64,000 nucleotides of DNA from NCBI GenBank assembly GCA_965240325.2, contig OZ251233.1:1364001-1428000 (forward strand), read 5' to 3'. A program made the position numbers and the translations under genes. Source of the stretch: Rebecca billardiae RCC1528. Taxonomy: Eukaryota; Protista; Haptophyta. Below, one piece after another: positions 33,255-46,646 of this stretch. Under the pieces are notes generated by a model. The model was given only the letters and a program-made list of their open reading frames with translations, ran no database searches and was not told the origin of the DNA. Each line of letters begins with the position of its first letter. Position 1 is the stretch's first letter.

Positions 33255-33260
<6 letters not shown>

Positions 33261-33325
<65 letters not shown>
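33261..33325. repeat. (TA)n microsatellite
   Basis: Directly visible. Confidence 0.97.
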
Positions 33326-33328
<3 letters not shown>

Positions 33329-33534
33329 CGACGTGGCAGCATCCGACAAGCGTCAGGCTCAGAGTGCAACAGACACATAGAATGCGTCCGCGCCTTCCGT
33401 CCAGGTCAGACAGTGCGCCACCCGCAGCCCTGCCCCCCTACGGGAGCGGGGCCGGGATGGAGCACCGCCTCGGCCTGGGGCACGCGGCGGCGACGGCAGA
33501 TGCCGCCGCGGCCGAGCGCCTTCCGGAGCACTTG

Positions 33535-34020
<486 letters not shown>

Positions 34021-35248
34021 GTTCGCCACGCGGACTCGCCGGACCCGGTGGCCGGTCGGGCGGTCGGGCGGGTCGGGCCGGGCCTCGGGACAGTCGGGTG
34101 AGTCGGGACTCGGGAGTCGGGGGGACCGGGGAGGCGGAGTCCGCGGAGTGCCGCCTGCCGGGCCTGGAAGTGGAGAGCACCACGACGATTCCCGGGTGGG
34201 AGGGGCGGACATTTTGGAGAAGTTCGAATCGGCGGTTTCCGTCCCGATGTCTATTTCACAAAGCTACTCGCGGTACCGTCGGAGTAATGTAAGTACGTAT
34301 TTCGCGCGGGTGCAAATCATTAGTGGCACTTGATGAAGTCGTTCCTTCAATTCCTCGAATCACCTCCGCCCGCACTATTCACCTACCCCTCGACCTTCGC
34401 GTTCCACAAGGAGCGCCCCGGCAAAGGGCGTCCCGGCGCGAGAGCCGCTGCCAAAGCCTCGGTAGCGGTGGGCAGTGGGCTGGGTCTCGGCGGACGGGTG
34501 CGAGTCGAGTCGGGGCCGCGCGGGGGCCGAACGGGCGGGGGAGAGACGCGGCGTCCATGGCGTATTCGCGTGCGCGCATGGATTGCTCGAACCGCCCGAG
34601 GTAGTGTGCGCCACATGTGCGTGCAGACGGCACGACGCCGCGCGAGTCAGCCAGACTGAGAGCTCGTGGTGCTCGCGCCGCACGGCGCCCGCGCTGCCCA
34701 AGCAGTGTGCGCCGGCGGAGAAGAGGAAGCTGGCGTGGGTGTCAGAATGTACGCGCGAATGCACCGAGCCCAACGCACGCATCCGCGCACGCATCCCCTC
34801 GTCTGTGACTTTGTTCACTCCGGCGGCTCAGGCCGCCGATGCGTGCCAAGTGAGGTTGCCGTCGCTGCGCCCACATCGCAAGATCGTCTTGGTCCATCGT
34901 GCTCGCGACTACCCACTGCTTGGCCCGTGATGTAGCGTAGACGACTGCTCGCCGGCTCTGGCACTCGCCGGGTCTATGCGACGGCCGGGTGCGGCGCGCC
35001 ACGCGGCCGAGTGGACGGCCCGGGCAGTGGGGCCACGCCGGTGGCCCGCGCAGCGCTCGCGCACACCGCGTGCGTGCCGCAGTGCCGCGTACGGGCACCA
35101 CTGCGCTCGCGGCTGGGCGCAGTGCAGCTAGCGGTCTGCCTTATTCTAGCACTCGCTACACACGGCCTGCTCCCTAGACTTGATGGCATCTGAAATGGTG
35201 CTGGAAGTCGAGCGTCCACACCGGCGTGCCGGCAGACGCTCGTTGCGG

Positions 35249-35707
35249 TCAGGTGTTGCGCGGGCGCAAGCCGTTGGCAGCTAGAACCCAGCTGACCTCG
35301 CGGACGCTGTGTTGCTCTCGCCAGCAGCCGAGCACGTGCCCTTGCTTGATCGCCGTGAGAGACGCGATCGCGAAGAAGTCTCAGCCGGCGCCGCAGAGCG
35401 GCAAGCGGCACATGAGATAGGATGTCGAGCTCGCGCAGCCAACACACTGGCGGTCCTCAGCAACGAGGCCGATGGCAGTGACGTCGAGCGCGCTGGCCTC
35501 GACCTGGATATCGGTCCGCTTGGTCGCGTCCACGGCTCGGTAGTGCGCTGCGACGCGCGTGAGCAGCCTCCCGAAGATCGCCGCGTGCTGCTGCTCGCGG
35601 ATGTGGGGGACGGGTCACTGGGGTTGGACGGACCACAGGATCTTGCTGTACCGCGCGACGAGGGTGGGCACAGCCTCCGCCGGCGGGTGATGCAGCTTCG
35701 CGCTGTG
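35249..35707 (-). pseudogene. Decayed coding fragment with in-frame stops
   Basis: One GC3-rich frame (PTLVARYSKILWSVQPQ*PVPHIREQQHAAIFGRLL...EDRQCVGCASSTSYLMCRL..G*DFFAIASLTAIKQGH) interrupted by TGA at 35615-35617 and 35381-35383. Confidence 0.5.
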
Positions 35708-35981
35708 CTAGATGGCAACGATGGCAACGTGGTGATGTACTGATTAAACTGCGAGCGCGGCAGCCCGCAGCAACGCTTGGATTCGACGCACGCCAAGCGT
35801 GTCACGCCGATGCTGCGTGGGCGTGCCGCGCGCGGCGCGCGCTGCGCCCCCGCGCCTTGCTCGGGGCAGCGGGGCTCGCGCGCCGCGCCCGGAGTTGTAT
35901 ATTTATACCTGCTGACTTGGCCTCGCCCGCGCGCGCGCCACCGCCCGCGCTGTCGCGCCGTCCGGCCCAGCACGCGCGCAG

Positions 35982-36195
35982 GTGATGGCGACGATCGGCC
36001 TGCCGCACAACGTCCAGTTCTACAAGTCGCAGGGCACACGGTACGATGGCTTCCGCGAGGCGTTGCTAACGGGCCGCGACGTGTTCGTGCAGTACGTGAT
36101 GCCGTGGGTCAGACATCCGCAGAGCTGGGTGTCGGTCGGCTGCAGCACCGTGCGCGACGTCGAGTGTGTGTGTGCTCGGGCACATCAAGGCCTGC
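35982..36195 (+). pseudogene. Isolated exon-like fragment
   Basis: GCGCAG acceptor, GC3-rich VMATIGLPHNVQFYKSQGTRYDGFREALLTGRDVFVQYVMPWV..., then a GTGCAC donor-like site; no neighbouring exons found. Confidence 0.4.
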
Positions 36196-37080
36196 GGTGC
36201 ACGCGCGCTGCAGCCGTGCCACCGGCCCCGCGCGCGCCCGCCATGCGGGCGGTGTGGGCGGTGTGTGCGCCTGCCCTGCGCCGCGCCGCTCGCCCCGCCG
36301 CCTTCTCTCCAACCGCCGCCTGACGTTGAGGCTGCTCCCGCCCTGATCCTCCCCTCCCTCCCCGAGCCTCCTTCCGCCGCCTGGGCCGGCCGATCGAGAA
36401 CTGGGCAGGTAGATTGAAAGGCGGCTTGTTCAAGCCGCTGGAGTTGTGTCCTACCAAAGGAGCCGCCTCTTTAACAATCGGGTTGTTTAGGGTTCAGGCT
36501 GGTGCCTTTTAAGTGCGGGTACGGACAGTCGTTTGAGATTCTCACGAAAATGACCGCCGTCCCCGTGGGGGAATCGTCGTGGTGTGCCCCCGGGCGGGAG
36601 CCGTGGCAGTGCCTCAGCCCAGCATACCGCCATATATATTAACTCCGTCACGTCAGCATCGGCAGGGGCGCGCCGGGCAAGGCCTAGTAGTCAGTCGTTG
36701 CCACGCCTAACTCCCTCAGTCTCTCACCGCTCACGGCACCGGCACCGGGACAGGCGTACGCGCGTCACATCCGCTGATCTGCGCCGCTAATGCCGCCGCC
36801 GGCTCGCGCGGCTGGGCTGCACGTGCGAGGACGCTCGTGTCCGACCGTCACACCTGATCTGCGCGCGCGCGCCGTCAGGAGACATGGCTCGACCGGGAGC
36901 CGGCTCCTGCCCACGGCCGTGATGCACGCATCGCCGCAGCGAACGCAGCAGCACCATCAGCGCGCGCAGCACGAAGCGCACGACCGCCGGGGGTCCGTGG
37001 GACGCCTCTCGCGCCATGCGGCCACCAGCTGTGCAGCAGTACCGGGGAGCGCGCGCAGCGACGCGCGTCGGCACGCTCGC

Positions 37081-38801
37081 TCAGACAGCGGCCTCGGGCA
37101 CGGCGTACTGCCGGCGCTGGTACACGTACCGCGCGATCGAGGCCGCGATCACGCAGAGCAGCAAGAGCATGATGATGAAGGCGGCGACCAGCACCTTGAA
37201 GCCGACCGAGTCCGCAAAGCGGATCAGGCCCGAGCCGCCGCCCATGCCCATGATGATCTCTGCGTTCGAGAAGAAGTCGGTGAACGCCGTGCACGTGGTG
37301 CAGTTGTACTTGAGCTGCGAGAAGGCCACCTTCATCTTGTAGTCCTGGTGGCGCCCGTGGTACTCGTCGTCGTTCGTGCAGTACGCGGCGGCCGCCTTGG
37401 CGGCGTTGCAGCACTCGCGCGAGCACACGTCGCCGTGGTTGTCGCCGTTGCCGCACGCCGCCTCAAAGCGCGCGAGCGGGCCCGAGGGCGGCGTGGTGGG
37501 CGTGAGGCACTTCACGCCGCCCGCCAGCTGCGCCGCGCGCGGGATCTCGTTCTGCTTGCAGTGCTGCCACGGCTGGCCCACGTTGCAGTGCTCCCACCGC
37601 GTCTCCGAGTCGGTCGTGTAGCACCACGGCGCGTCCTCGCCGTCCGGGTTGCGGCACTGGTTGTGCCCGCCCAGCCCGCCCTCGGGGTAGTTGAGGTGTG
37701 TGCGCGTGTGCTGCTGCGGGAACTGCGAGTCCCACGCCTGGCACTCCTTGCCCGACTTGGTCTTGTTCTTCGCGCCGCGGTAGTCCGAGCCGTCCGGCTC
37801 GCCGTAGCACTCGCTCGCCGAGTGGAAGCAGTCCTCGCCATCCCAGCTGCACGCGGCCACGTTGCACTCGCTGCGCGCGCAGCGGGCAGCGGGCGGCGGG
37901 CAGCGCGCGAGCGGGCCAGGACGAGCGCGGCGAGGTCAGCGCGGAGCGCAGGCGGTGCGCGCGCCGCCCCCTGTGCGCGCCGCACCTGTCGCACTCGCCA
38001 TCGTTGATGTACTCGGGCAGGCAGCCCGTGTTGCAGCCCGTGTTCTCGCTGCAGTCGCCGCCGTCCCAGTTGCACGCCTCGACGAAGCACGCCTCGTCGC
38101 AGTACTCGTCGCCCACCCAGCCCTCGTCGCATCCCGGGGCGCAGTTCTGCTTATCGCAGTCGCCGCCGTCGTCGTAGCACGCCGACGTCTTGCACTCCTG
38201 CTCGGCGCGCGGGCGCAGGGGCGGTTCGCGGCGCCGCGCAACGTGGCAGTTGGCGCGCGAGTCTCGCGCGGCCGCGCAGGGCGCGGCGCGAAGGGGCAGC
38301 AGGTCGGCAGCGGCAGCGGCGCGGGCGCACCTGCTGGCAAACGCCGTCAGCAATGAAGTCCTGCTTGCACCCGGGCGAGCACTCCTCCTCGATGCGCAGC
38401 GTGGACGTGGACGCGTCGTACACGCCGATCATGTACTCCGACTCGTCGTACCCGTACACGGACATGTGCAGGATGCACGGCTCGAACTGGCAGAACTCGA
38501 CGGCGTCGCGCTTGATCACCTGCTCCTCCGCGCCCACGTCGTCCATCACCCACGTCGCCGTCAGGTCGTCTGGCTCCGACGAGGTGAACGACAGGTACAC
38601 GTCCGGGTCGCCGTACGAGGGGATCAGCTTCACCTTGATCGCGTTGGACGACTGGGGGATCTGCACGGCGTAGTACTGGAAGCTGTCCTCGTTGACGAAC
38701 GCCGAGCGCAGCTGCCCCATCTCGAGCATCTGCTCATTCTGCGCGCGCGCAAGGCCCACGAGGCCGAGCGCGGCCGCGGCAAGAATGGCAAAGCGTCCCA
38801 T
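37081..38801 (-). CDS. Type I membrane protein: PPC-like domain, 3 LNR repeats, kringle, 8-Cys domain, TM (paralog B)
   Basis: Exons 38801-38331, 38197-37986, 37870-37081; same intron positions, phases and domains as paralog A. Confidence 0.9.
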
Positions 38802-38922
38802 GGCTTACGCGGCGGCGAGGTGCCTTCGCGCAAGGGGGGGCGAGTGCGCCGCGCATAAAGCCGCCGCGCTTGGAGACAAGGCGGGCGTTGGAGCCCCGGA
38901 CTCGAGCGCCCGGGCACTATCA

Positions 38923-38965
38923 TACCCCTACCGTATGCGTTTTACCCCTACCGTATGCGTTTTAC
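38923..38965. repeat. 20-bp tandem repeat x2 upstream of paralog B
   Basis: TACCCCTACCGTATGCGTTT twice. Confidence 0.85.
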
Positions 38966-39736
38966 ATCGCATATTTACTCACATATCGCTTTGATGCGCT
39001 ACGGCGATGTACAGGTGGATACGGGTGATCTGGACAGTGGCCGACCCAACTCACGCGGAGGCCTCCCTGGGAGCATTGGGGTCGAAGGGGCGCCAGGGAC
39101 GGACTTCAGGGGGTCCCTGGAGTTCCGCCGCAGCGCGCTTTCTGCGCTGCGGGCCCGTCTCCGCGCGTGGCGGCCGCAATGGCACTGTCCAATTAGCCCC
39201 TGGCACTGGCTGAGGCATGGGAATCGAGCTCAGAGACGCGCGCGCGGAGGAAAAGCGTGTGCAGCGGCTCGGACGGTTGCTCTGGGACCTACCCACGCCA
39301 GCGCAACCGCGCCTTGCCTCGGAGTCCGCCCTTCCTGAGTCCGCGCACGCGCCTTGCGGCTTGAAACGCTGGCGTTCGCCCTTGTGCGCGGGACTCACGA
39401 AACAAGGCGAAGGCGGCGAGAAGCGCGACCTGGCGCGTGCGCAGACGACGTCTCACGACCAGGTGAGTTCAGCGAACATCGTGCGCCGTCGTGGCGACCC
39501 GCCAGTGGGCGCTCGTGCTCGTTCGCCCACGAGCCCTCGCCACGAGGCCCGCCGCCCGCTGAGTGTCCAGATAGCCCCTGTGTCCAGTTAGCCCGTATCC
39601 ACCTGTATTGCGAACTATGCGAGCGGGCAACGACGGTTACATACGCGACCAGGCGCTGACTGTGCAGCAAGGACGTCCTCGCGCCATGGTGCGACGCTGC
39701 TGCTGTCGGTGTGACTGCTGAGGCCGGCGCGGCCTG

Positions 39737-41081
39737 ATGAAGGCCACGACGACCGACGACGAGCTCGCGCGGCTGCGCACGACGATCGCGTCGCGCGATG
39801 GGCTGCTCGAGTCGCGCGAGCTGCAGGACAACCTGCGCGATGAGATGGAGCGGATGCTCAAGTGGACCGACCAGCGAGGCCGGATGGCGGGCGCGCTCGA
39901 CGGCTCGCCGCCGCCCGCGGTCGGGGCGGGGGGGCGCGAGCCGTGGCGCGGCGTGACGTCGACGCTTGGCGAGCTCGCGCCGCCGGCGCCCCCGACCAAG
40001 GCCACCGCATACTCGCCGCGAGCCGCGGGCGCGCGGCAGCTCGCGCCGCTCGAGCACGCGGGCGCGATGGCGGGCGCATCCGCGGCCGCCGCGCCCGCGC
40101 ACGGCGGCCGGCGCACGGCGCTGCCGCGCGAGCGCGCGCCGAAGCAGGCGGGGCGACGCGAGGTGTCCTACGTCTCCGACCGCCCGGGCCACGGCTCGAG
40201 CGGCCTCTCCGCCGCGGCCGACGTGGGCCCGCTCGAGCTGCCGCCCTCGATCATCCCGCGCCCCTTCCACCTGCTGGCCGAGGGCTCGCCCTCGGCGCTG
40301 GGGCAGCGGGGCGCGGCCGGCGGCGGCGGGGCGGGCGCGCGCGGGCACGCCGCGCCGCTCGACGTCGAGTGGGACGTCGCGGCGGAGCGGCTGCGCACCA
40401 CCGTCTTCCCCGCCGCCGTGCCCTCTGGGCGGCGCGACGTGCTGCTGCTCGAGCGCTGGATGCGCACGATGCTCGGCCGGCTGCACGGACGCGCCGAGGC
40501 GAGCGTGCGCGCGCGCGAGCGCGCGAGCGCGCTGGACGAGCGCGCGCTGAGCTCGCGCGCGAGCGCGCGGCGCGACGGCGCGCACGGCGCCGACGGCGCC
40601 GCGCCCTCCGCGCAGCGCGCCGCCGAGGCGCTCGCGGCCAAGGCGGCCGAGGCCGCCTCGGCCGCGGCGGGCGAGCTCGAGCGCGAGGAGGCGACGCTCG
40701 TCTCCGAGTCGCACGCCGTGTTCACGATCGCGTTCCACGAGGTGATCCGGCAGGTGGCGGTGCACACGGTCGAGCGCGCCCGGCTGATGTCGACCATCTG
40801 GCTCTCGTACATGCACATCTTCGGCCGGATGCGCGCGCTGCACGAGTCCGCCACGCGCCGGCTGCAGGGGCTGAGCGAGCTGCTGCGCGTCGAGCTCGCG
40901 CACGCGGAGGAGGACAGGGACGCGGCGCAGGCGCGCGCCTCGCAGCTCGAGGCGGCGCTGGTGCGCGCGCTGGCGGGCGGCGAGCTCAGCGACGAGCTGC
41001 GCCAGATCGCGGCGAGCCTGGCCGCCGCCGGCGCGCCCGCGTCCGAGGCCGATGCCGCCGCCGGAGCCGCCGCCGCCGCAA

Positions 41082-41112
<31 letters not shown>

Positions 41113-44100
41113 GGACGCGAGCGAGTCGCTCGTCTCGCGCCAGGCGAAGGAGGCGCTGCGCGTGGCGCAGCAGTCGCGCGCGCTGGCCAACTCGAAGGAC
41201 ACGTCGCAGCTCGCGAGCAGCAGCAGGCCCCGCCCCTCGCGCGCCAGCTTCCTCTCGACGGGCGGCAGCTCGACGCGCTCGTCAATCAGCGCGCCCGCGG
41301 CCGGAGGCCTGAGCGTGGCCGCGGCCGAGCGCGGCGGCGGCCGGCGCAGCGCGCGGCCGAGCGGCAACCTGTCCGCGCAAGCCGAGGGGTCGGAGGCGAG
41401 CGACGACGAGGCGGACTCGGTCGTGCCCGCCATCGAGGTGGGCATCTTCGACGCCACCGTCGAGCCCAAGCTCGTGCACACCGAGCTGCCCGCCACGCTC
41501 GCGTCCGCCGCCAAGGACCGCGCCGCCTCGCTGCGCGACCGCTCGGTCGCGTGCCAGACCGACGCGGCGCTCGAGGCGGGGGCGAGCGGCTCGCTCAGCC
41601 TGAGCCAGCAGCAGCAGCTCTCGCGCGCGCTCGGCTCGCCCGCCGTCGGGCTCGCCGCCGCCGCCGTGCAGACCGACATGTCCGCCGCGATGGTCGCCGA
41701 CGCCGCGTGCCAGACGGTCGCGGACGCGCGCACGCTGCGCGAGCGCGCGCGCCACGCAGACCGCCGCTCGCACGCGCTGCTCTCGGCGAAGGCGGGGAGC
41801 GGGCGGAAGCGGCGCGGCAGCCGCGCGCGCGAGGAGCGCGAGGACGGCGACGACTCCGGCTCAAGCGTGGGCGGCAGCAGCCGCGGCGGCGGCGGCAGCG
41901 AGCGCGGCGGCGAGTCGGACAGCGGCTCGGCTGCGGAGGAGGCCGAGGGCGGGAGCGACGACGAGGCGGCGCGCGCGGCCGGCGCGGAGGCGGAGGCGCT
42001 GCAGCAGGCGGCGGAGGCGGCGGAGGAGGCGGAGCAGCTGCGGAACACGGCGACCACGCTCGCCGTCCCCGGCCTGCCCATCATCTCCGTGCCGCCCGGC
42101 GAGACGGGCGGCTCGCCGCTCGGCACGCCGCAGCGGCAGGCGCTCGCGTCCGGCCGCCTGCGCGCGCAGCACAAGGGCGGCGCGGCCGGCGGCGGCGGCC
42201 GCTCGAAGGGCGGCGCGGCCGGCGGCGGCAAGGCGAGCCAGCAGCGCGCGCGCGAGGCGCGCGCCGCCGCCGCCGAGTCCTCCACCGACCTCCCCGCGTG
42301 GGTCCCCCCCGCCTTCGCCCACTACGCCGCGTGCATCGGCTCGGTCCTCGCCTCGTTTGAGCTCGAGCCCAGATGGCTCGAGATAGGCGAGCTGCGCGCC
42401 GAGATCGCCACCTTCTACCAGTTCGTCGTCACGCTGCCGCCGCCCGCGGTGGGCGCGGCGGCGCAGGCGGGCGATGCGTCGCCGGATGGGCTCGCCTCGC
42501 GCCGGCGGCGCGGCAACCCCGTCCGCCGCCTCCTCGACGAGGTGGAGCGCACGTGCTCGCTCGGCCTGCCTCGGCTGCTGTGGTGCGCGCGGCGCGCGCG
42601 CGACGCGTCGGCCGCGGGATCGGCAGCGCGGAGGAGGATCGCGCGCAGGCCCAGCCAGCTGCCTTTGATGGTCTCGCATCTATCTGCCTCGCGCGTCCGC
42701 GCGCGTCCGCGCCCACTCAGCCGCGCGCGCGCACGTCCCGTGCCCACAACGCCCCCCCTCCCGGCGGCGCGCGCGCGCAGGCGGCACTGCTGCACGCGCT
42801 ACCCGCTGCCGCAGCGCGCGCTCGCGCAGCTGCTGACGCTGCTCTACTCCACGCACTGGCACGCCTCGCACGGCATCCTGAGCGAGGCGGCGGCGGCGGG
42901 CGCCGACCCGTTCGGCGCCGAGCCCTCGGCCTCGCGCAGCACACGGCACGCCGCGCGCGGCGCGGGGCGGCAGCCCCACGGCGGCGCGCGCGTGGACGCG
43001 CGCGTGCACACGTTTGCGCGGCTGTGCGGCATGCTGGGCGCGCAGTACGACGACGGCTCGTGCGCGCTCGTGTGCAAGGCGCTCGTGCTGCTGCTGCCGA
43101 GGAGCTCGATCCGGCGGCGACTCACCGCGGCCGAGGGCGATGGCTCCTCCGCCGCGTACGTCGGCGTGGACGAGCCCTCCGCCTCGCACCTCTGGCGCCT
43201 CCACCGCCTCGACGACGAGCTGGGCGGCGCGGCCGACGCCGCGCTGCGCTCTCACTTTGACGCGGGCGGCACGGCCGAGGGCACGCCGCACGACCGCGCG
43301 CTGCTCGACGCGATGGCGTACCTGCCGCTGGGCGAGGAGGAGCAGAGCAAGCTCGCCGCCGCGGTCGTCGCCGCCGAGGAGCACTCCACCGAGGTGCGCA
43401 CCGACGTGCCCGCCGTTGGCGCCGCCCCCGCCGAGCTGAGCGTGCGCAAGCTGCTGGTGGACGCCTTCCTCGGGCTGCTGCTGCGCGCGCAGCACGACAC
43501 GCTCAAGCACCGCACCGCCAGCTTCTCCGCAGCCTTCCACGACGCGGCGCGCTTCTCCAACGACGCGCTGCGCGACGCGAGCCGCTTCGTCGAGCTCGTG
43601 CGCGCCGTCGACGACACCAAACCCGTCGAGGAGGCGTATGAGATGTGCGCGCTACAGCGCTACAGCGCGCACGCGCGGAGGCGTGAGGCTTGCGCCTGAG
43701 CGCACACGCGCGCGCAGCGGCTCGCGCGGCGAACAGCCCTGCGCGAGCGCGCGCGCGCCTCACGCTCGCGCGCACGTGCCCCCGCGTGGCCCCTGCTTAG
43801 GTTCTGCGAGGCGCTGCACCAATCGGAGCTGCTGGGCGAGGTGGAGCGCGAGGCCGCGTGGGACTTCAGGGTCGCAGACGACCGCGACGAGCAGAGCCGC
43901 AAGATCGCACCGCCCGGCAGCGTGACGGACGTGGGCTGGATTGTGACGGCGCACCGGCACAAGCTGCTGCCAGAGCATGAGCGTGCTGCGCTGGAGCAGC
44001 TGCAGGCGGGCCCACGAGGGCGGCAGCCCGGGGCCAAGCTCTCGCCCAGTCACACGGCTCGCCACCAGCATGCCCCGTCGCCATCGCCCGCGCGTGGCGC

Positions 44101-44275
44101 AGGTGCCACCACCGTGCCGGGCGTGAATGGCGCGAGCAGGGGCACCATCGTGCCCGATGATGCCATCGAGGCTGGTGCGTACGCCGGCGGCGGCGGTCTG
44201 TCAGCGCTGTCTGCTCCCTTGAGATCTTCTGCCAGCCCCACCCGCCCCGCCGGCCAACAGCAGCATCGTCAGTAA
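39737..44275 (+). CDS. Axonemal dynein light chain domain-containing protein (AXDND1-like), at least 3 exons
   Basis: FPAAVPSGRRDVLLLERWMRTML and FTIAFHEVIRQVAVHTVERARLMSTIWLSY match the Ax_dynein_light pattern; coiled coils and xQT motifs; introns 42583-42780 and 43645-43800 give a continuous frame to TAA 44275. Confidence 0.7.
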
Positions 44276-44439
44276 CTCAGCCGGTGCATCATCACAGTGC
44301 ATACGCGCACCAGCACGTGCGTGCTGCGCATCGATCCCGCGCATCGTGATATTCGTGATCAGTGGCTCGTCAGGGAAATCGGATCAAATTTCTTGAATAA
44401 ATTGATTTGACGAATTTACTGAGCGGTCGGCCCGCGACG

Positions 44440-46646
44440 ATGGCGGCGGGCCTCGCGCGCGTGGTGCTGGTGCTGCCGCTGCTAGCGCAAGGGGCCGACT
44501 TGCTGGCTGTGCGAGCGGCGGCATCTCCGCAGCACACTGTGCATACGGTGTTAGCGGACTGGGTTCGTGCGTCCGAGCGCACTGTGCCGACATGGCCCCC
44601 TCGCAATCAGTCTGACGTCGAGGCGGATGCGAGGCTGCGCGCGCACGTCGCTAGCGGCAAGGTCGAGATGACAGTCGACATCAAAAAGAAGCCAAAGGCG
44701 CTCAAGGTGGATTTGTCACACCTTGAACACTGCACCTCGTGCTTCGAGGAGGAGTACCGGCGGAGCATCCACCGCCGACCTTTCGCACCGGCAGCCGACG
44801 AGGCGCAGCTGCTGCTCGACGACCACGCGATCGGGCGCTACTCGTGCGTCGGTCGCGACCTCGAGCCGCCGCGCGAGACGCTTGATTTGGGCATTGTCAA
44901 CCCTGGCCCGCCGGACCCTCGCGTCGCGAGAGGCACGGGCTTCAAGCCACGCCCGAGGTGCGGCAGGCATTCTGCGCGCGCGCGCAATCGCTCGCTGCAC
45001 ACGCGCCCGCGCCGGCTGCGTGATGAGCGCCGCGCTGCGCCGTGCCGCACGCGTGCAGGTTCGACTACATGGGCTTCTATGGCTCTGTCCTGGCGCCACG
45101 CGATGCACTGGGCTCCCACGCTCTCCGCGGCGCCCGCCCTTCCGCGGCTGACGGTGCCGCCCAGCGTGGGGGTGTCGGCCGAGCAGACAATGGCAGCCTG
45201 TGGCGCATGTGGCTGGGCGAGTTTTATCCGCACTGGGCGCACAGCACGGACGGCGTGCACTGGTCAACGCCGTACCCCGTGGAGAATGGCGGGCGCGGCG
45301 TCGCTGGCAACAACGTGTGCGTCCACCGCGACTCCGCGCAGAGCGGCCGGCTGCTGATGGGGTACCACTGCGGCAACCTGGAGGAGTCAATGTGTGTGGC
45401 GACCTCGGCCGAGGAGGAGGGCACGCGCTGGCTGCCCGTGCGCGGGGGGCACAGGCGCGTGCACAAGCCCACGACCTGCCTTCAGAACCAGCACTGCTGC
45501 GGCGAGGCCTGCCGATTCCACGCAGACGCGCCCAACTGCCTCCGCTGGTCGGCCGCGGACTGCGCGCACTGGGTGTCACGGCGCGATTCGTTCGGCACGC
45601 CGGCCGCCTGGCGCGAGATCCGCGGCGTCTCGCTGGCGATCAATCGGCAGCTGTGGACCAACCTGACGGACTTCAGCGTGGCGCGGAAGTGGTATTTGGA
45701 CCGCGAAGGCAAGGACGAGCGCTTCCAGCGGCAGGCCTACGCCCTCACCGTCGGCGAGCTTCCCACTGCCGCACGCTGGGCCGGGAGCGCGTGTGGGGGC
45801 CCGCCGCCGGACTCGCTGCGGCTCGGCCTGCTCACGGTGCTGCACTGGCCCAAGCTGCATTCCCTGCACGGGCGCAAGGTGAAGGAGATGAGGTATGACG
45901 TGACCAAGGCGTACCTCGTCACGTCTCGCGATGGCGCGCTCTTCGACCTGAGCACCGTGTACGCGGAGCAGCCGCTCGCACCGCACCCGCGCCGCAAGCT
46001 CACGACCAGCGACGGCGGGCGCGCCCCGGACGCTGGGCCATGGCCGCCATCGGATTCCAAGTTCGACAATGGATTCATCCTGCCTGCCTCGGAGCTGGTC
46101 ACGACCGCGCGAGAGCACCTGCTGTACTACGAGGCCCGGAATTGCTACCATATTCAGCGCTTCCGGAGCAAGGCGAGGATCGCCCGCGCGTCGTGGGCGC
46201 GCGACCGCTTGGGCGGCGTCCTGCGCTGGCCGGCAGCTGAGTGCCACAGGGCGCCGGCGCCCGCCGGTGTGCGTGCGGGGTGCGGTGCCGTCGAGACGCG
46301 GCCGTTCACGCTGAACGCGGCCAGGCTCGCGCTGAACGTGCGTGCGCACGCCGACGCGCCCGTCTCCGTCGAGCTGATCGACGACGCGACAGGTGAGCCA
46401 TTCGCTGGCCGCAGTGCTGCGGAATGCAAGCCAATCGTCTCCGATGAGCAGCGGGCGATTGTCAGCTGGCTGCGCGTCGGAGCTGAGCTGGGTGAGCTGA
46501 GAGGCCGGCGCATCCGGCTACGCGTTCTGTTGTGTGCCGAGCCTGCGCCCGAGCGCGTCATGATGGCAGCGGCGCACAGCAAGGAACCGCAGGGCCAGGC
46601 CGCAGCGCAGCAGCGGCTCTTTGCGTTCACTCTCCTCAGCCGGTGA
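44440..46646 (+). CDS. Secreted beta-propeller glycoside-hydrolase-like protein (GH32/43-like, bacterial type), 2 exons
   Basis: Signal peptide; QLLLDD; Asp-box-like AHSTDGVHWS and VTSRDG; LLYYEA; WARDRLGG; C-terminal VETRPFT..LALNV..VSVELID..GEPFAGRS..EC.PI.SD..VSW..IRLRV..LFAF; intron 44958-45058. Confidence 0.75.

Noticed and set aside
35249-35707. In-frame TGAs as selenocysteine or reassigned codons
   Set aside because: A TAG also interrupts the frame, no redox motif context, and TGA is a normal stop in RRP45 and ARL8.
36410-36500. Helitron 3' end or telomeric repeat
   Set aside because: Hairpin is not followed by CTRR on either strand; TTTAGGGTTCAGG is only about two degenerate units.
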